Below, piece by piece: positions 29,601 to 38,187 of a stretch of DNA of 64,000 bases; position 1 is the stretch's first letter; every line of letters begins with the position of its first letter. Made by a program: the position numbers and the translations under genes. The stretch covers positions 1 through 64,000 of IMG/VR virus record IMGVR_UViG_3300032242_002920; one strand, 5' to 3'. Source of the stretch: a virus. Below the pieces are notes generated by a model. The model was not told where the DNA came from. It did not search any database and saw nothing but the letters and a program-made list of their open reading frames with translations.

Positions 29601-29805
29601 GAATGAGTTTATTAGTAATTTACAACCCGGCCCACCTCCATCGGGTCCAATTATTGGTAAAACTGCCGGTAAACATTATACCCCAATGGAGCAGCGCGAG
29701 CTTATTGACGAATATGGTCAAGCCCGCAATGCTGATAAATTAGACCTTGAGGGAACGCATTACATTGAGTCTTCGCTCGATGATTCTTTTCTTTTCGGTT
29801 GCTAA
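26668..29805 (+). CDS. Large acidic head-associated protein with three Zn-ribbons
   Basis: CPGC/CPDC, CHNC/CPKC, CPKC/CHTC; C-terminal KTAGKHYTPMEQRELIDE...ARNADKLDLEGTHY; lies upstream of the protease. Confidence 0.7.
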   Translation: MDHKGPEHHYDEIECPGCGSFFQQGEIQPETVHNSCPDCGYDLRSGTGGRPYRGQPSPVNSEMTERNTPLDGASGDRGGNPLGEGILAGLKDKMNWEEIAELDEATEPAGLGETHPVKDNQWKPGDRSDRANGRDEMLGSVRKSNEDWDQIIEDFEQASERAKEVNDLERVAVASWLEHTGAEEFPIDHLGWDIVDVVEPSKEFTEASNKYSMPLPKGITDNLHEALIKTNAWVENPEENGKLRPYKEYWSVIRPKTSQGSIQIGVEDPHMADIINDVARTDNLSALSKASNTKNSAFLAALPELAAGLAAGTVGLGDVAGVAGPALAGHALMSGVEDVANEALGDPGQIPNMPMQDAAAGGPGSGVTSSHIATYGDEYEHPSSITRRIEDPVNGGIDPHQRTDESNDDWAYDMLDVNEMGQSKDPKGADDVKERHKRMFTTNEDKKTEKNLADSESIQKFLNFLPLVMEFFNSPEPGAEDPIMQSIHEGLNAEFPGYLGEAVPEEENQILLFFGDEPKKGDKKSNAFGPSSLVTDTPASSQMSLGQEHPTTMNKCHNCGAVLDASDKICPKCSAANAMGDSAESGSSPAWPYGTAQNLVQPYMGKVRTASDQQGPHTDAQQAAVADLLIEQGREDEVGNMLEKPYEYHEELAIVQKKDPLLGEDPEDQPMPPMEQPVQNQGMPPGIPPMQAPTPGDLGGGMPSPIASSMLKAAFKYGSDNVAGTCPKCDSHTTKMVQQDGVSKCHTCKHQWQDETFEKADGDSSNASTTASFYQSLNIDELGSPEPVSHIDSFSEPEEEIEIDDSSHTWKDEDGDDIQEGKEYEIYANDYDIPDVGRVNEVKPDAISYTIDSDGGLQTTIEIDRKEADLNGYRFVPANEVSESNPHGIEQNMDSKPVPVPGESTDLSTPHREIGASAKMSNYEQLIQEARNWLLELDGPAVFREFEGLDWEDYADEINALSPDQVHQAIDTHYGGGWNEFISNLQPGPPPSGPIIGKTAGKHYTPMEQRELIDEYGQARNADKLDLEGTHYIESSLDDSFLFGC

Positions 29806-29838
29806 CCTTGAAAACACCTTCGAACTAGAAAGTAAAAA

Positions 29839-30756
29839 GTGATGGAATATACAACACGCACAGTAACATCTTCCGAGGGTCTTTCACAGACCGAGGCCCT
29901 CATTTCCCTTCAGGAGCATCCTGAATTTAAGTCCGGTACTCGTATTACCGGCATTTACAACCAAGGCGGTCGCTGGATTGCTAAACTTGAAGAGCCTAAG
30001 GTTGCCAATGAGAATCCTTTTGAAGAGGATATTGAGGAATCACCCGCTGAACTTCATGAAGAAAAGCATGAGGAGCATGAGGAATCAGAATCTCCCCTTG
30101 AAGAGCTTGAAGAGCATGAGGGCGAGGATCACGAAGATTCAGAAGAAAAGAAGATCAAGCAACTTGAAAAAAAGATTGACCTTCTTCTTGATGCCCTTGG
30201 AATTAGCGAAAAAGGCGAAGAGCCTAAGCTTCCAGAGGCTCCCGATGCCCCTGCTGCCGACCTTCCTGCCGCTCCAGCCCCTAAGGGCGGTCCAGCAAAG
30301 TCCGATCCACTTCCTCCCGGATCTGGCGCAAAACTTAAGCCCGGTGAGGTTCCCAACAAGCCCGGTATGACTCCAGTTGGCGCTCCTGCGTTTGCTTCTG
30401 TCAAAACTGCTGGCTGTGATGGTTCTTGTGACGAGGGTTCTTGCGAACATTGCGATAAACAGCGCAAGGAAGCTACCTCAGTTCCACCAAATGCTGTTGG
30501 CATGAGCGCTACTGATAGTGCTGCAACCGCACCTGAATCAAATGAGGCAGATTGCGCCCGCTGTGGTGGATCCGATCCTAGTTGCACTCAATGCTCAGGT
30601 CAAACTGTAGCTTCTTTTACAGCTTCAAGGTTAGATCCTGAGCGCGAATTGACTATCCGTCAAGCTAAGGCTGGACTTGAAAATGAATTTAAGGGATTCA
30701 AAGTTTCAAGAATTAAGCGCGATGGAGATTACCTTCACGCCCTAATTTCACGATAA
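29839..30756 (+). CDS. Acidic Pro-rich head/scaffold-like protein
   Basis: Glu/His-rich tract, short coiled coil, Cys clusters, KVA/KTA/KEA motifs. Confidence 0.7.
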   Translation: MMEYTTRTVTSSEGLSQTEALISLQEHPEFKSGTRITGIYNQGGRWIAKLEEPKVANENPFEEDIEESPAELHEEKHEEHEESESPLEELEEHEGEDHEDSEEKKIKQLEKKIDLLLDALGISEKGEEPKLPEAPDAPAADLPAAPAPKGGPAKSDPLPPGSGAKLKPGEVPNKPGMTPVGAPAFASVKTAGCDGSCDEGSCEHCDKQRKEATSVPPNAVGMSATDSAATAPESNEADCARCGGSDPSCTQCSGQTVASFTASRLDPERELTIRQAKAGLENEFKGFKVSRIKRDGDYLHALISR

Positions 30757-30757
30757 A

Positions 30758-30934
30758 ATGGTTCCTACTCCCGAGGAGATTATTATCAAAGAGTTTAATA
30801 CTCTTCGGGGCAGAATTCTTGGCCTTATTGAATCTTGGGGTTTACCTGAGAAGCAAGAACGCGGTTGCAAGGCTACTTTTAAATCTTTAACTTATGATGC
30901 TGAACGGGCAATCAAGGATACTATAACTAAATAA
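30758..30934 (+). CDS. Small hypothetical protein (58 aa, not in ORF track)
   Basis: MVPTPEEIIIKEFNTLRGRILGLIESWG...TITK* fills the gap exactly. Confidence 0.7.
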   Translation: MVPTPEEIIIKEFNTLRGRILGLIESWGLPEKQERGCKATFKSLTYDAERAIKDTITK

Positions 30935-30963
30935 TTTAGTTTATCCGTCACTTAAGAGGCGAT

Positions 30964-33864
30964 ATGGCATTTACAAAATACGCCTCTTTAGAGGTCAGCA
31001 AAATTTTAGACGTTAAGGGATCGGCAGAAAGAGACGCATCTGCGTCTCTTTCTAAGATTGCTGCATTTGAAGATTATCGCACTGAAGATGGTTATCTTTA
31101 CGCTCGTATTCGAGCCATTTCTTCAAGGGTTAACAAGAATCATGACGGTTGGCCTTCTGTAGAACTTGCCGGTAGTCAAGATATTTTTGATCATCATACT
31201 GCTAACTCTGAATCTGGCTTTACTGTTAGCGCTAGCAAGGATGCTGAATATGGTTTTTCAACTTTCCTTGGCAAGCCAATCTTTGTAGATCATCACAATT
31301 CAGACCCCTCTCGTGCGCGTGGGGTTATTGTTGATGCCAAACTTCATGTTGAAGATCACAAAACTGCTGCGCAAAAGGATTCATATTACCAAAATGCTCC
31401 TGCCAATCATACCCCTCCAACTTGGGTCGAGCTTCTTCTTGAAGTTGATGCAAAATCATTTCCCAAGCTTGCTAAAGCAATTATCAATGGATCAAAAAAT
31501 GCCAAGAGTGGCATCGACGGTTTTAGCATGGGTTGCGACGTAGAGCGTTCTGTTTGCAATATTTGCAAGAACTCTGCTACTACTCCCGATGAATTTTGCA
31601 ACCACGTTCGCATGAAAGGCGCAATTTGCGATTATATCGATCCTGAAACGGGTCATAAAACTTCTAAGAAATCATATGAGGATTGCTACGGCATTAAGTT
31701 TTTTGAGATTTCAGCAGTATTTGATCCCGCCGATGAGACCGCTCTTATCCGCGAGGTTCGTAGTTCTACACAAAAGACCGCTGAGAGGGCATTGAATCAT
31801 TCTGGCGAGTGTTCTCGTTGCGGTGACATTCATGATCCTCATGGCGAGCCTGATGAGCATGGTAATCGTCACATTGTTGAGCTTGGTATTTGCTCTAATT
31901 GCAATGAGGACGATATGGACACAACATATGGTGACATTCACGGCCTGCCAGAGGTTGAGATTAAGCATTTAGGAAATGTAAAGGAAGCTTCTATGAATAA
32001 ATTTGCTCCAATTAGTGAGTATGACAAGTATTTTGGTGGCGCTGGCGCTGCTAAGAAGGCTCATGATTCAATGATTGATCAGTATGGCGAGGAAAAGGGC
32101 AAGGAAGTTTTTTACGCTACCATGAATAAAAAGAAGAATAAGCAGGAAAAGAACGCATCAGAAGGATTTGTTCCGCCAGAGTCAGTTCAGAATAATGCTC
32201 GTCGCGGCCTTGAAATGGCTGAGGCTGGAGAGGCTGGCGACGGTCTTGAATCTGCAACCAAGGGTCGCGCTCACGACATTGCTTCTGGTAAGGCTCTTTC
32301 TTTAGATCATGTTAAGCGTATGCATTCATTCTTTGAACGTCATGACAAGACCCGTCCCGATGATGGCGGCAAGGGTAATTCTCCTTGGAAGACCGCTTGG
32401 ATGCTTTGGGGAGGAGATTCTGGTCGTTCTTGGGCAGAATCAGTCGTAGGCAAAGAAGTCGGTCATGATAAGAGCGAAAAAACTTCTAATGATAAACCTC
32501 AATTTACTAAAACTCGTGCGCCCGAAGATGTTGACACTTTGCGTGAAGACACAATTTGCGAAATTTGTGGTTCAACTATGGACGGTCCACAATGCGACGT
32601 ATGTGGATATGAAGAAGAGCCTAAGGGATTTAGTGATCCAGACCTTAATGCTGCTAAAAAGCATGACGAGGAAGAGGCTAATGAAGAAACCTTTAGTAAT
32701 CTTGACGTTGATACTATTAATTTGCCTACCGTCGCTCATGTAACTGATACGGAAGAGTTGAAAACCGACTTTAAGGTATCACAAATTAATAAAATTGAAA
32801 AACCAATACTTCCAGTTCAAGGCCCTCCAGCCTCGAACGAGCCGAAGGATCATGTTGTGAAGGACCAAAAGGCACCCGTCACATCATCATCAGTTCGCAC
32901 CGCATTGGATTTCCTTGCGGCTGCTGGTAACAGAAAAAGGAACAACATGGAAACACATATCGCTGACGCAATGACAAGCGCACCAGCAGTTGCTAAACCC
33001 GACTATAGTACAGAAGTTGAGGGTGTAGGCGGCGTTGGTGGAGCTTCGAATGAAGACGCATCCAAGGCTGACGCTCAGGTAAATGTTACCGAAATCGGTG
33101 GCGTTTCTGGCGTTGGTACTGGCGATGAAAAGACAGTAGAAGTTGATCAGGGCGATGAGCACTCAAAGAACATTGAAGTTATCCATACGGATACCTTCCA
33201 TGGCGATAAGGGTGATTCACTCGGTCAGCAAGATCCTGTAACTGACGTAAGTTCTTATCAGGTATTTAATTCTGATAGTTTTACGCCACTTAAGCATCAT
33301 GAGGAACCAGCCAAGAAGTCTTCTTGGGTAGTTTCTGATGTTAAGGGAACGGAGCCTTCTGACCCAATGGGCAAGGCTCAAGATCGCATCGACGTATCGC
33401 ATGGCGATGCGCACTCCATCACAACTCAGGATTCTGGCCCAACTAAGACTTGGACCGGCACTGAAGGTAATGGCGTAACCCGTCAAGCTGATCCGGTAGA
33501 TTCAAAGGATGAATCCTTCTACCACGAACAGAATAGTAAGGAGTTTTATCCAACTGGCGTATCTGATAAGGATTATGCTTTTGGTGATAAGAACTCGCAT
33601 CTCATGACAGCATTTAAACTTGCTGACACCGAGATCGAACTTGGTCTACTTGATGCTTCTCAGAAGTATCAGCGTGTGGCTGAGCTTGAAAAGGCAGCGC
33701 CCTCGATTGTTGAGGCTTCGCTTGAATACGCATCTCGCGTAAAGACGGCTGGTCTCAAGAAGTCGGCGCGGACAGCCCGGAGACTTCCGTCTCTGGTTAG
33801 GGAGGCAAGTACTGCTCCCGAGTCAACTCAGACTGATTCAGATGATTCAGCTCTGTTCATGTAA
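30964..33864 (+). CDS. Capsid maturation protease fused to cargo modules and a scaffold region
   Basis: RAISSRVNKNHDG, TFLGKPIFVDHHN, RGVIVDA, FSMGC (candidate catalytic Ser), CNIC, FFEISAVFDPADETA; lies upstream of the capsid genes. Confidence 0.85.
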   Translation: MAFTKYASLEVSKILDVKGSAERDASASLSKIAAFEDYRTEDGYLYARIRAISSRVNKNHDGWPSVELAGSQDIFDHHTANSESGFTVSASKDAEYGFSTFLGKPIFVDHHNSDPSRARGVIVDAKLHVEDHKTAAQKDSYYQNAPANHTPPTWVELLLEVDAKSFPKLAKAIINGSKNAKSGIDGFSMGCDVERSVCNICKNSATTPDEFCNHVRMKGAICDYIDPETGHKTSKKSYEDCYGIKFFEISAVFDPADETALIREVRSSTQKTAERALNHSGECSRCGDIHDPHGEPDEHGNRHIVELGICSNCNEDDMDTTYGDIHGLPEVEIKHLGNVKEASMNKFAPISEYDKYFGGAGAAKKAHDSMIDQYGEEKGKEVFYATMNKKKNKQEKNASEGFVPPESVQNNARRGLEMAEAGEAGDGLESATKGRAHDIASGKALSLDHVKRMHSFFERHDKTRPDDGGKGNSPWKTAWMLWGGDSGRSWAESVVGKEVGHDKSEKTSNDKPQFTKTRAPEDVDTLREDTICEICGSTMDGPQCDVCGYEEEPKGFSDPDLNAAKKHDEEEANEETFSNLDVDTINLPTVAHVTDTEELKTDFKVSQINKIEKPILPVQGPPASNEPKDHVVKDQKAPVTSSSVRTALDFLAAAGNRKRNNMETHIADAMTSAPAVAKPDYSTEVEGVGGVGGASNEDASKADAQVNVTEIGGVSGVGTGDEKTVEVDQGDEHSKNIEVIHTDTFHGDKGDSLGQQDPVTDVSSYQVFNSDSFTPLKHHEEPAKKSSWVVSDVKGTEPSDPMGKAQDRIDVSHGDAHSITTQDSGPTKTWTGTEGNGVTRQADPVDSKDESFYHEQNSKEFYPTGVSDKDYAFGDKNSHLMTAFKLADTEIELGLLDASQKYQRVAELEKAAPSIVEASLEYASRVKTAGLKKSARTARRLPSLVREASTAPESTQTDSDDSALFM

Positions 33865-33978
33865 AAATTAAGGAAATATTACTTTATTTTTACATACCGC
33901 CGTCTAGAAACAATTGAAACGGCGTAGCGCCATAAGGCGTGAAACTAATCACAAAAAAGAAATAGGAATAATACAAAT

Positions 33979-34584
33979 ATGCTTAGACTAAAGAATCTAG
34001 CTAATAAGTATCAGAAGCGCACTTGTCGGCCAGTATATGCCAATACTCAGGCTACGCCGTTTGCTGCGTCTCTGGACGATTCATTCCGTAGCTCGGGAGC
34101 ACTTGTGCTTCCCAAGAACAGCAGTGGTACTGCTGGTGCTGGTAACAACCCATCGGCTGTTACTCGTACCGCTGACGCATTTACCTCCAAGAACTCACTT
34201 GTCCCCGGACTTGTTCTTGTCAAGGTAGCAGGATCTGAAAAGGTCACTGTTGCTGCTGGTCTTGCAGGCACCGCTGAGCGCCCATTTGGTCTTCTTGCCA
34301 ACTTTGTTGGTGGAGATCTAGATGAGGGCTTCTCTGGTGACTCGCTACAGAATGAAGTAGGCGTATGGCGCGGTCCCGACGCAGTTTTCGAGATCCTCGC
34401 TCCTGCTTACGATGACACCAATATGGCGTCAACACTCACAACTAACGCAGGTACTGCAACAGCAACACCTCTTTATGCACAGGCTGATGGTCGCCTTGGC
34501 ATTAGCTCCGGTTCTTCAAGGACCGTCGTTGCTTATCTGCTTAAGCAAGAGACAAATCGTATTCTTGTGGACCTCGCGGTATAA
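33979..34584 (+). CDS. Capsid decoration/cement protein
   Basis: Lies between protease and MCP; PGLV...PFGLLANFVGG...VGVW.G...FEILAPA; biased codon usage like the MCP. Confidence 0.7.
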   Translation: MLRLKNLANKYQKRTCRPVYANTQATPFAASLDDSFRSSGALVLPKNSSGTAGAGNNPSAVTRTADAFTSKNSLVPGLVLVKVAGSEKVTVAAGLAGTAERPFGLLANFVGGDLDEGFSGDSLQNEVGVWRGPDAVFEILAPAYDDTNMASTLTTNAGTATATPLYAQADGRLGISSGSSRTVVAYLLKQETNRILVDLAV

Positions 34585-34593
34585 GAAAGGAAT

Positions 34594-35682
34594 ATGATAA
34601 ATATGTCACTTGAATTAACATCACGTAAGGCTGTTTCATCAGCCGATTACGAGGCCAAGCTTGCTAATGCTCCTAAGCTTAGCAAGGAGGCCAAGGCTCA
34701 GAAGCTTCAGTCAATCCTAAAGGATTCATCGAACGCTATGCGCCGCATCGGTCAGGGCATGATCGGCCCAATCCAGATCCGTCTTCGTTATGAGGGCATT
34801 ACTCGTAATGTTCTTATTGAGGATACTCTGGAGCGCGGTCCACTTATGCCTTACGACATCCTTGACGATCTGGGACGGGCTTATATCCTTAACCAGACCG
34901 ACTCGGAAGTTAAGATCACCCCATTCGAGGGCAAGCAGGCTTTCCCTCAGCTTTTCCGTATCGCTACGTTCCCACGTATCCGTAAGGAAGACCTCTACTA
35001 CCTTCGCGTAAACGCTGTTGAGTACGCACAGGATGAGAGCCGTCAGGCAATCCAGAAGCAGGAGGACGCTCGTCTTATCCTTCTTCTTGAGGCTGCCATT
35101 GCTGAGCTTGGTTCAGCCCGCACTGCCACAGGTTCAAATGCCGTCACTGGCGTTGCTCCTACAGGTGGTCGTCAGACAGGTATCGCTGCTGGTTCATCAG
35201 GTGAGCAGACCGTTCTCATTGGAGACGGCAACCCACTTGAGCCTAGCGATTTCTATCAGGCCGTATCACAGATCGAGATCAACCAGCTTGAAGCTCGTCG
35301 TATCCTCATTCACCCTGCGGATGCCCGTGACTTCTACAACTGGGATCTCAATGTAACCGGCTTTGAGTTCAAGGATAAGGTATTTGGTGGAGAGAAGATC
35401 ACCACATTTGGTGAGTTCCAGATCCAGCGTTCGATCATCGTCCCACAGGGCGAGGTTTTCCTTACCGCTGAGCCTGACTACGTTGGTGTCTTCCCCGTCA
35501 TGTACTCACTTGACGTTGAGGAGAATCACTCCGTTGAAACATTCTGGAAGGGATGGGTCATGGACGAACTCGTTGGTATGCTTATTCTTAACGCTCGCGG
35601 TCTTTCGCGCATTGTTAAGGGTAGCTCGAACCCTGTTTCGCCAACCTACCCAACCAAGCTGGACATCTCAGGTCTTTCCTGA
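34594..35682 (+). CDS. Major capsid protein (alternative start 34603)
   Basis: GQGMIGPIQIRLRYEGITRNVL...FRIATFPRIRKEDL; strongly biased codons; strong terminator follows. Confidence 0.92.
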   Translation: MINMSLELTSRKAVSSADYEAKLANAPKLSKEAKAQKLQSILKDSSNAMRRIGQGMIGPIQIRLRYEGITRNVLIEDTLERGPLMPYDILDDLGRAYILNQTDSEVKITPFEGKQAFPQLFRIATFPRIRKEDLYYLRVNAVEYAQDESRQAIQKQEDARLILLLEAAIAELGSARTATGSNAVTGVAPTGGRQTGIAAGSSGEQTVLIGDGNPLEPSDFYQAVSQIEINQLEARRILIHPADARDFYNWDLNVTGFEFKDKVFGGEKITTFGEFQIQRSIIVPQGEVFLTAEPDYVGVFPVMYSLDVEENHSVETFWKGWVMDELVGMLILNARGLSRIVKGSSNPVSPTYPTKLDISGLS

Positions 35683-35708
35683 TTCTAGCTATCCTCTTTG
35701 AGGTAAAG

Positions 35709-35737
35709 AAAAGGCCCCCAGAAATGGGGGCCTTTTT
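35709..35737. terminator. Bidirectional intrinsic terminator
   Basis: AAAAGGCCCCCA-gaaa-TGGGGGCCTTTTT between convergent genes. Confidence 0.92.
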
Positions 35738-35757
35738 ATTTGTCTAAATGTTTAAAT

Positions 35758-36309
35758 TTATGCAAGACCTAGGCCGGTCACATGCCTAGTTCGATATTGA
35801 TGATAAGTATTAGTTTGAGTAGTGTAATAATAGCACTGAGATCCAGTTTTTGGTGACCAGCAGGTTCTTGATTCGCCACTTTCTTTTGAAATTGGGTGAT
35901 CCCATCTAATGTGAGTACCAAACCACCATAATTCCATAAATATATGAGATGCTTTGTAATAAATTACAACACCGGCATCTTTATAATTTGCACCCTTACC
36001 GGCTCCACCAAAACTAGAAAAAGTCGTGCTAATTGGGTTAGCTGGTAATCCACCGTGCCATTGAGATTTAAGTCCAGCTTTATAAGTAACGTAAGCTATG
36101 GAAGAAGAGCAATCGTAAGCTTTATTTAATCTTGTATATTGATAATCTCCATGAGATCCTCCATATACGTATGGTTTTTTATAAATTTGATTGCCATGTT
36201 GAATTAAAGCTGAAAGAACATTGTACGAATGCTGAGCCTTTGCATTCAAATTATGAATGTCAGTGTGGATAAAAGCTCTGCCGTTTTGAGTTCCAATTTT
36301 ATTCGCCAT
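35758..36309 (-). CDS. NlpC/P60-family cysteine peptidase-like protein
   Basis: PYVYGGSHG...YDCSSSI...SHIFME. Confidence 0.75.
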   Translation of the reverse strand: MANKIGTQNGRAFIHTDIHNLNAKAQHSYNVLSALIQHGNQIYKKPYVYGGSHGDYQYTRLNKAYDCSSSIAYVTYKAGLKSQWHGGLPANPISTTFSSFGGAGKGANYKDAGVVIYYKASHIFMELWWFGTHIRWDHPISKESGESRTCWSPKTGSQCYYYTTQTNTYHQYRTRHVTGLGLA

Positions 36310-36342
36310 GTCTATTAAATTTCAGATACAATCAATTTTAAT

Positions 36343-37260
36343 TTATAAATTGATAGGGTGCCTAGCAACATAGGCGCTATTGTCTACTGTAGCGGCCTGC
36401 CACCTAGACGGGTGCGCGCCTGACGTGTCAAATCTAAGTCCGGCAACGTACATGTAAGCATGACCGGAATTAGCGTAAACAGTAACCCACTTACCCGTTC
36501 CTGCGCGACCCCATGATTCTAATGATCCTGAGTCCATTGGAGTATCAAGTAGTTTTGCTCCGTGAAGAGCATATGATACCGAACCAGAACAATCATAACC
36601 CGAGTCTAAAAAAGATCCGTGGCCACCGCCCCATAGGTAAGGAAGAGTATTAATTTGATTTCCAGCCCAAATAACGCGTTTAACGGATTCTGGAGCATTA
36701 TTGGGGGCATATGCCACATTATTATAAAAAATTGCTCTAGAACCCATTACAATGGGTCTGAGAGGGTCTAGGCTAACCTTATAGGCGATCCTAGCGCGAA
36801 TCTTTTTAATTTTAGTTTTCCACTTGTATGTGTAGAAGTGAACAACGGGATTATTCCAATTATTCATTTGAATTCCACAGTGAACCCAAATGTCAAGTTG
36901 AGAACCCCAGCCAATGTGATCCTCTACCCTAAAGTAGTGTTTGCCATAAATAGCTTTAGGAAAATAAATATTCGTTCCTAATGGAAGAAAATTGTTGGCA
37001 ACTTCGCCAAACCTTGGCGTTGTTCCCATTGATGTGCTACCGCCACCACCTGAAGCATCACAACCTTCGGTAGAATAAGCAGTTGCTTGAACCGTAAACG
37101 ATTGAATTGGCACTCGTACACGATATTTTTGCGTCTTAATTACTACAGGACCCGGAATTGTTGTTGTAGGGATCTGTACTGTATTGGCTTTCGCCGTTTC
37201 AGGGGCAACAAATGTACCCAGAATAGCAGCAACAACTACTGCCGTTTTTGAATAAAGCAT
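36343..37260 (-). CDS. Secreted 3D-domain plus NlpC/P60 cell-wall hydrolase
   Basis: Signal peptide ending AKA; ATAY...T..G...VA...LPLGT...VED.IG...LDIW (3D); PYLWGGGH...YDCSGSVS...GHAY (NlpC/P60); AAGGA SD before ATG 37260. Confidence 0.88.
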   Translation of the reverse strand: MLYSKTAVVVAAILGTFVAPETAKANTVQIPTTTIPGPVVIKTQKYRVRVPIQSFTVQATAYSTEGCDASGGGGSTSMGTTPRFGEVANNFLPLGTNIYFPKAIYGKHYFRVEDHIGWGSQLDIWVHCGIQMNNWNNPVVHFYTYKWKTKIKKIRARIAYKVSLDPLRPIVMGSRAIFYNNVAYAPNNAPESVKRVIWAGNQINTLPYLWGGGHGSFLDSGYDCSGSVSYALHGAKLLDTPMDSGSLESWGRAGTGKWVTVYANSGHAYMYVAGLRFDTSGAHPSRWQAATVDNSAYVARHPINL

Positions 37261-37418
37261 AAAGTTTCCTTGGAACACACCCTCTTGTCCTACATTTACT
37301 TCGCAAGCCCGTCTACTTTACAGCTAGACTTTAAACTACTTGGGCTGAGTGAGACCAGTGGAATAACTCCTTTCGTTCGTTTTAGAAAAACAAAAACCAA
37401 ATATCGGCTTGTGCAGAT

Positions 37419-37447
37419 ACTATACCAGATAGCACTGTATTAATCAA
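37419..37447 (-). promoter_or_regulatory. SigA-type promoter of the hydrolase cassette (about 150-nt leader)
   Basis: TTGATT-N17-TATAGT with TG extension. Confidence 0.7.
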
Positions 37448-37558
37448 GCTTCACTTTGGCTTACTATTTACATGGTCGGTTCGCTGAGATAATCAGTGGC
37501 AAAGTCTCGTTAGTAGTATCAAGTTAAGTCATATATTGTTATAGAAAGAGAGAAATTT

Positions 37559-38173
37559 ATGCCACCTAAGAAAGTATCCCCTAGGGGTCAGGCTGCTGAA
37601 CCTGCCGGAGCTAAGGCGACACCTGCCAAGCGCACGGCAACAAAGGCTAAGCCAGCCCCCAAGAAAAGTGCACCATCTAATACAAATAAGTACGTGCGGA
37701 ATGTTCGTGGAGTCGATGTTCGTGTAACATTTGATTCCGGTCGCAGGATTCAGCTTGCACCTCGCGGTCAGCGCAATGATATGACTGCGATTAGTAAAGA
37801 AGAATTGGATGATCCAATTTTCCTTAACAATCTCGGAATGCTTTACGAAGTTATTTCATCTTCTGAAGCTAATGAAATTCGTGAAAAGCAAGCAACTAAC
37901 GCATCGTCATACACCCATCCTCGTCCAGAGCACATTCTGACAACAGAGCATGGTAAGCCAAGTGACTTTGGAGGTATCGCTCCTTCAAATGTTGAGCAAA
38001 GTATTACCATCGGACATCTTACAGAAACCGAGGGTAGAAACAATGAACAGAAGTCTATTGAGGTAACTCGTAGCGTTCAGCCAGAAAGGGTTGACGTTCC
38101 CGGATCTGCCTCATCGGACCAATATGGAGCATCAATTTCAGTTGCTCCACTACCCCCAATTAGTGAACGTTAA
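37559..38173 (+). CDS. Hypothetical protein with a Lys/Ala/Pro-rich N-terminus
   Basis: Clean ORF with purine-rich SD. Confidence 0.8.
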   Translation: MPPKKVSPRGQAAEPAGAKATPAKRTATKAKPAPKKSAPSNTNKYVRNVRGVDVRVTFDSGRRIQLAPRGQRNDMTAISKEELDDPIFLNNLGMLYEVISSSEANEIREKQATNASSYTHPRPEHILTTEHGKPSDFGGIAPSNVEQSITIGHLTETEGRNNEQKSIEVTRSVQPERVDVPGSASSDQYGASISVAPLPPISER

Positions 38174-38187
38174 AATAAAGGAATAAT

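Noticed and set aside
33898-33939. Two small hairpins upstream of the capsid operon as an ncRNA
   Set aside because: The stems are only 4-6 bp, too weak to support a call
37261-37412. Canonical c-di-AMP riboswitch
   Set aside because: Core GGGGxxAAU and GGGGAA elements are missing; kept only as an unclassified structured leader
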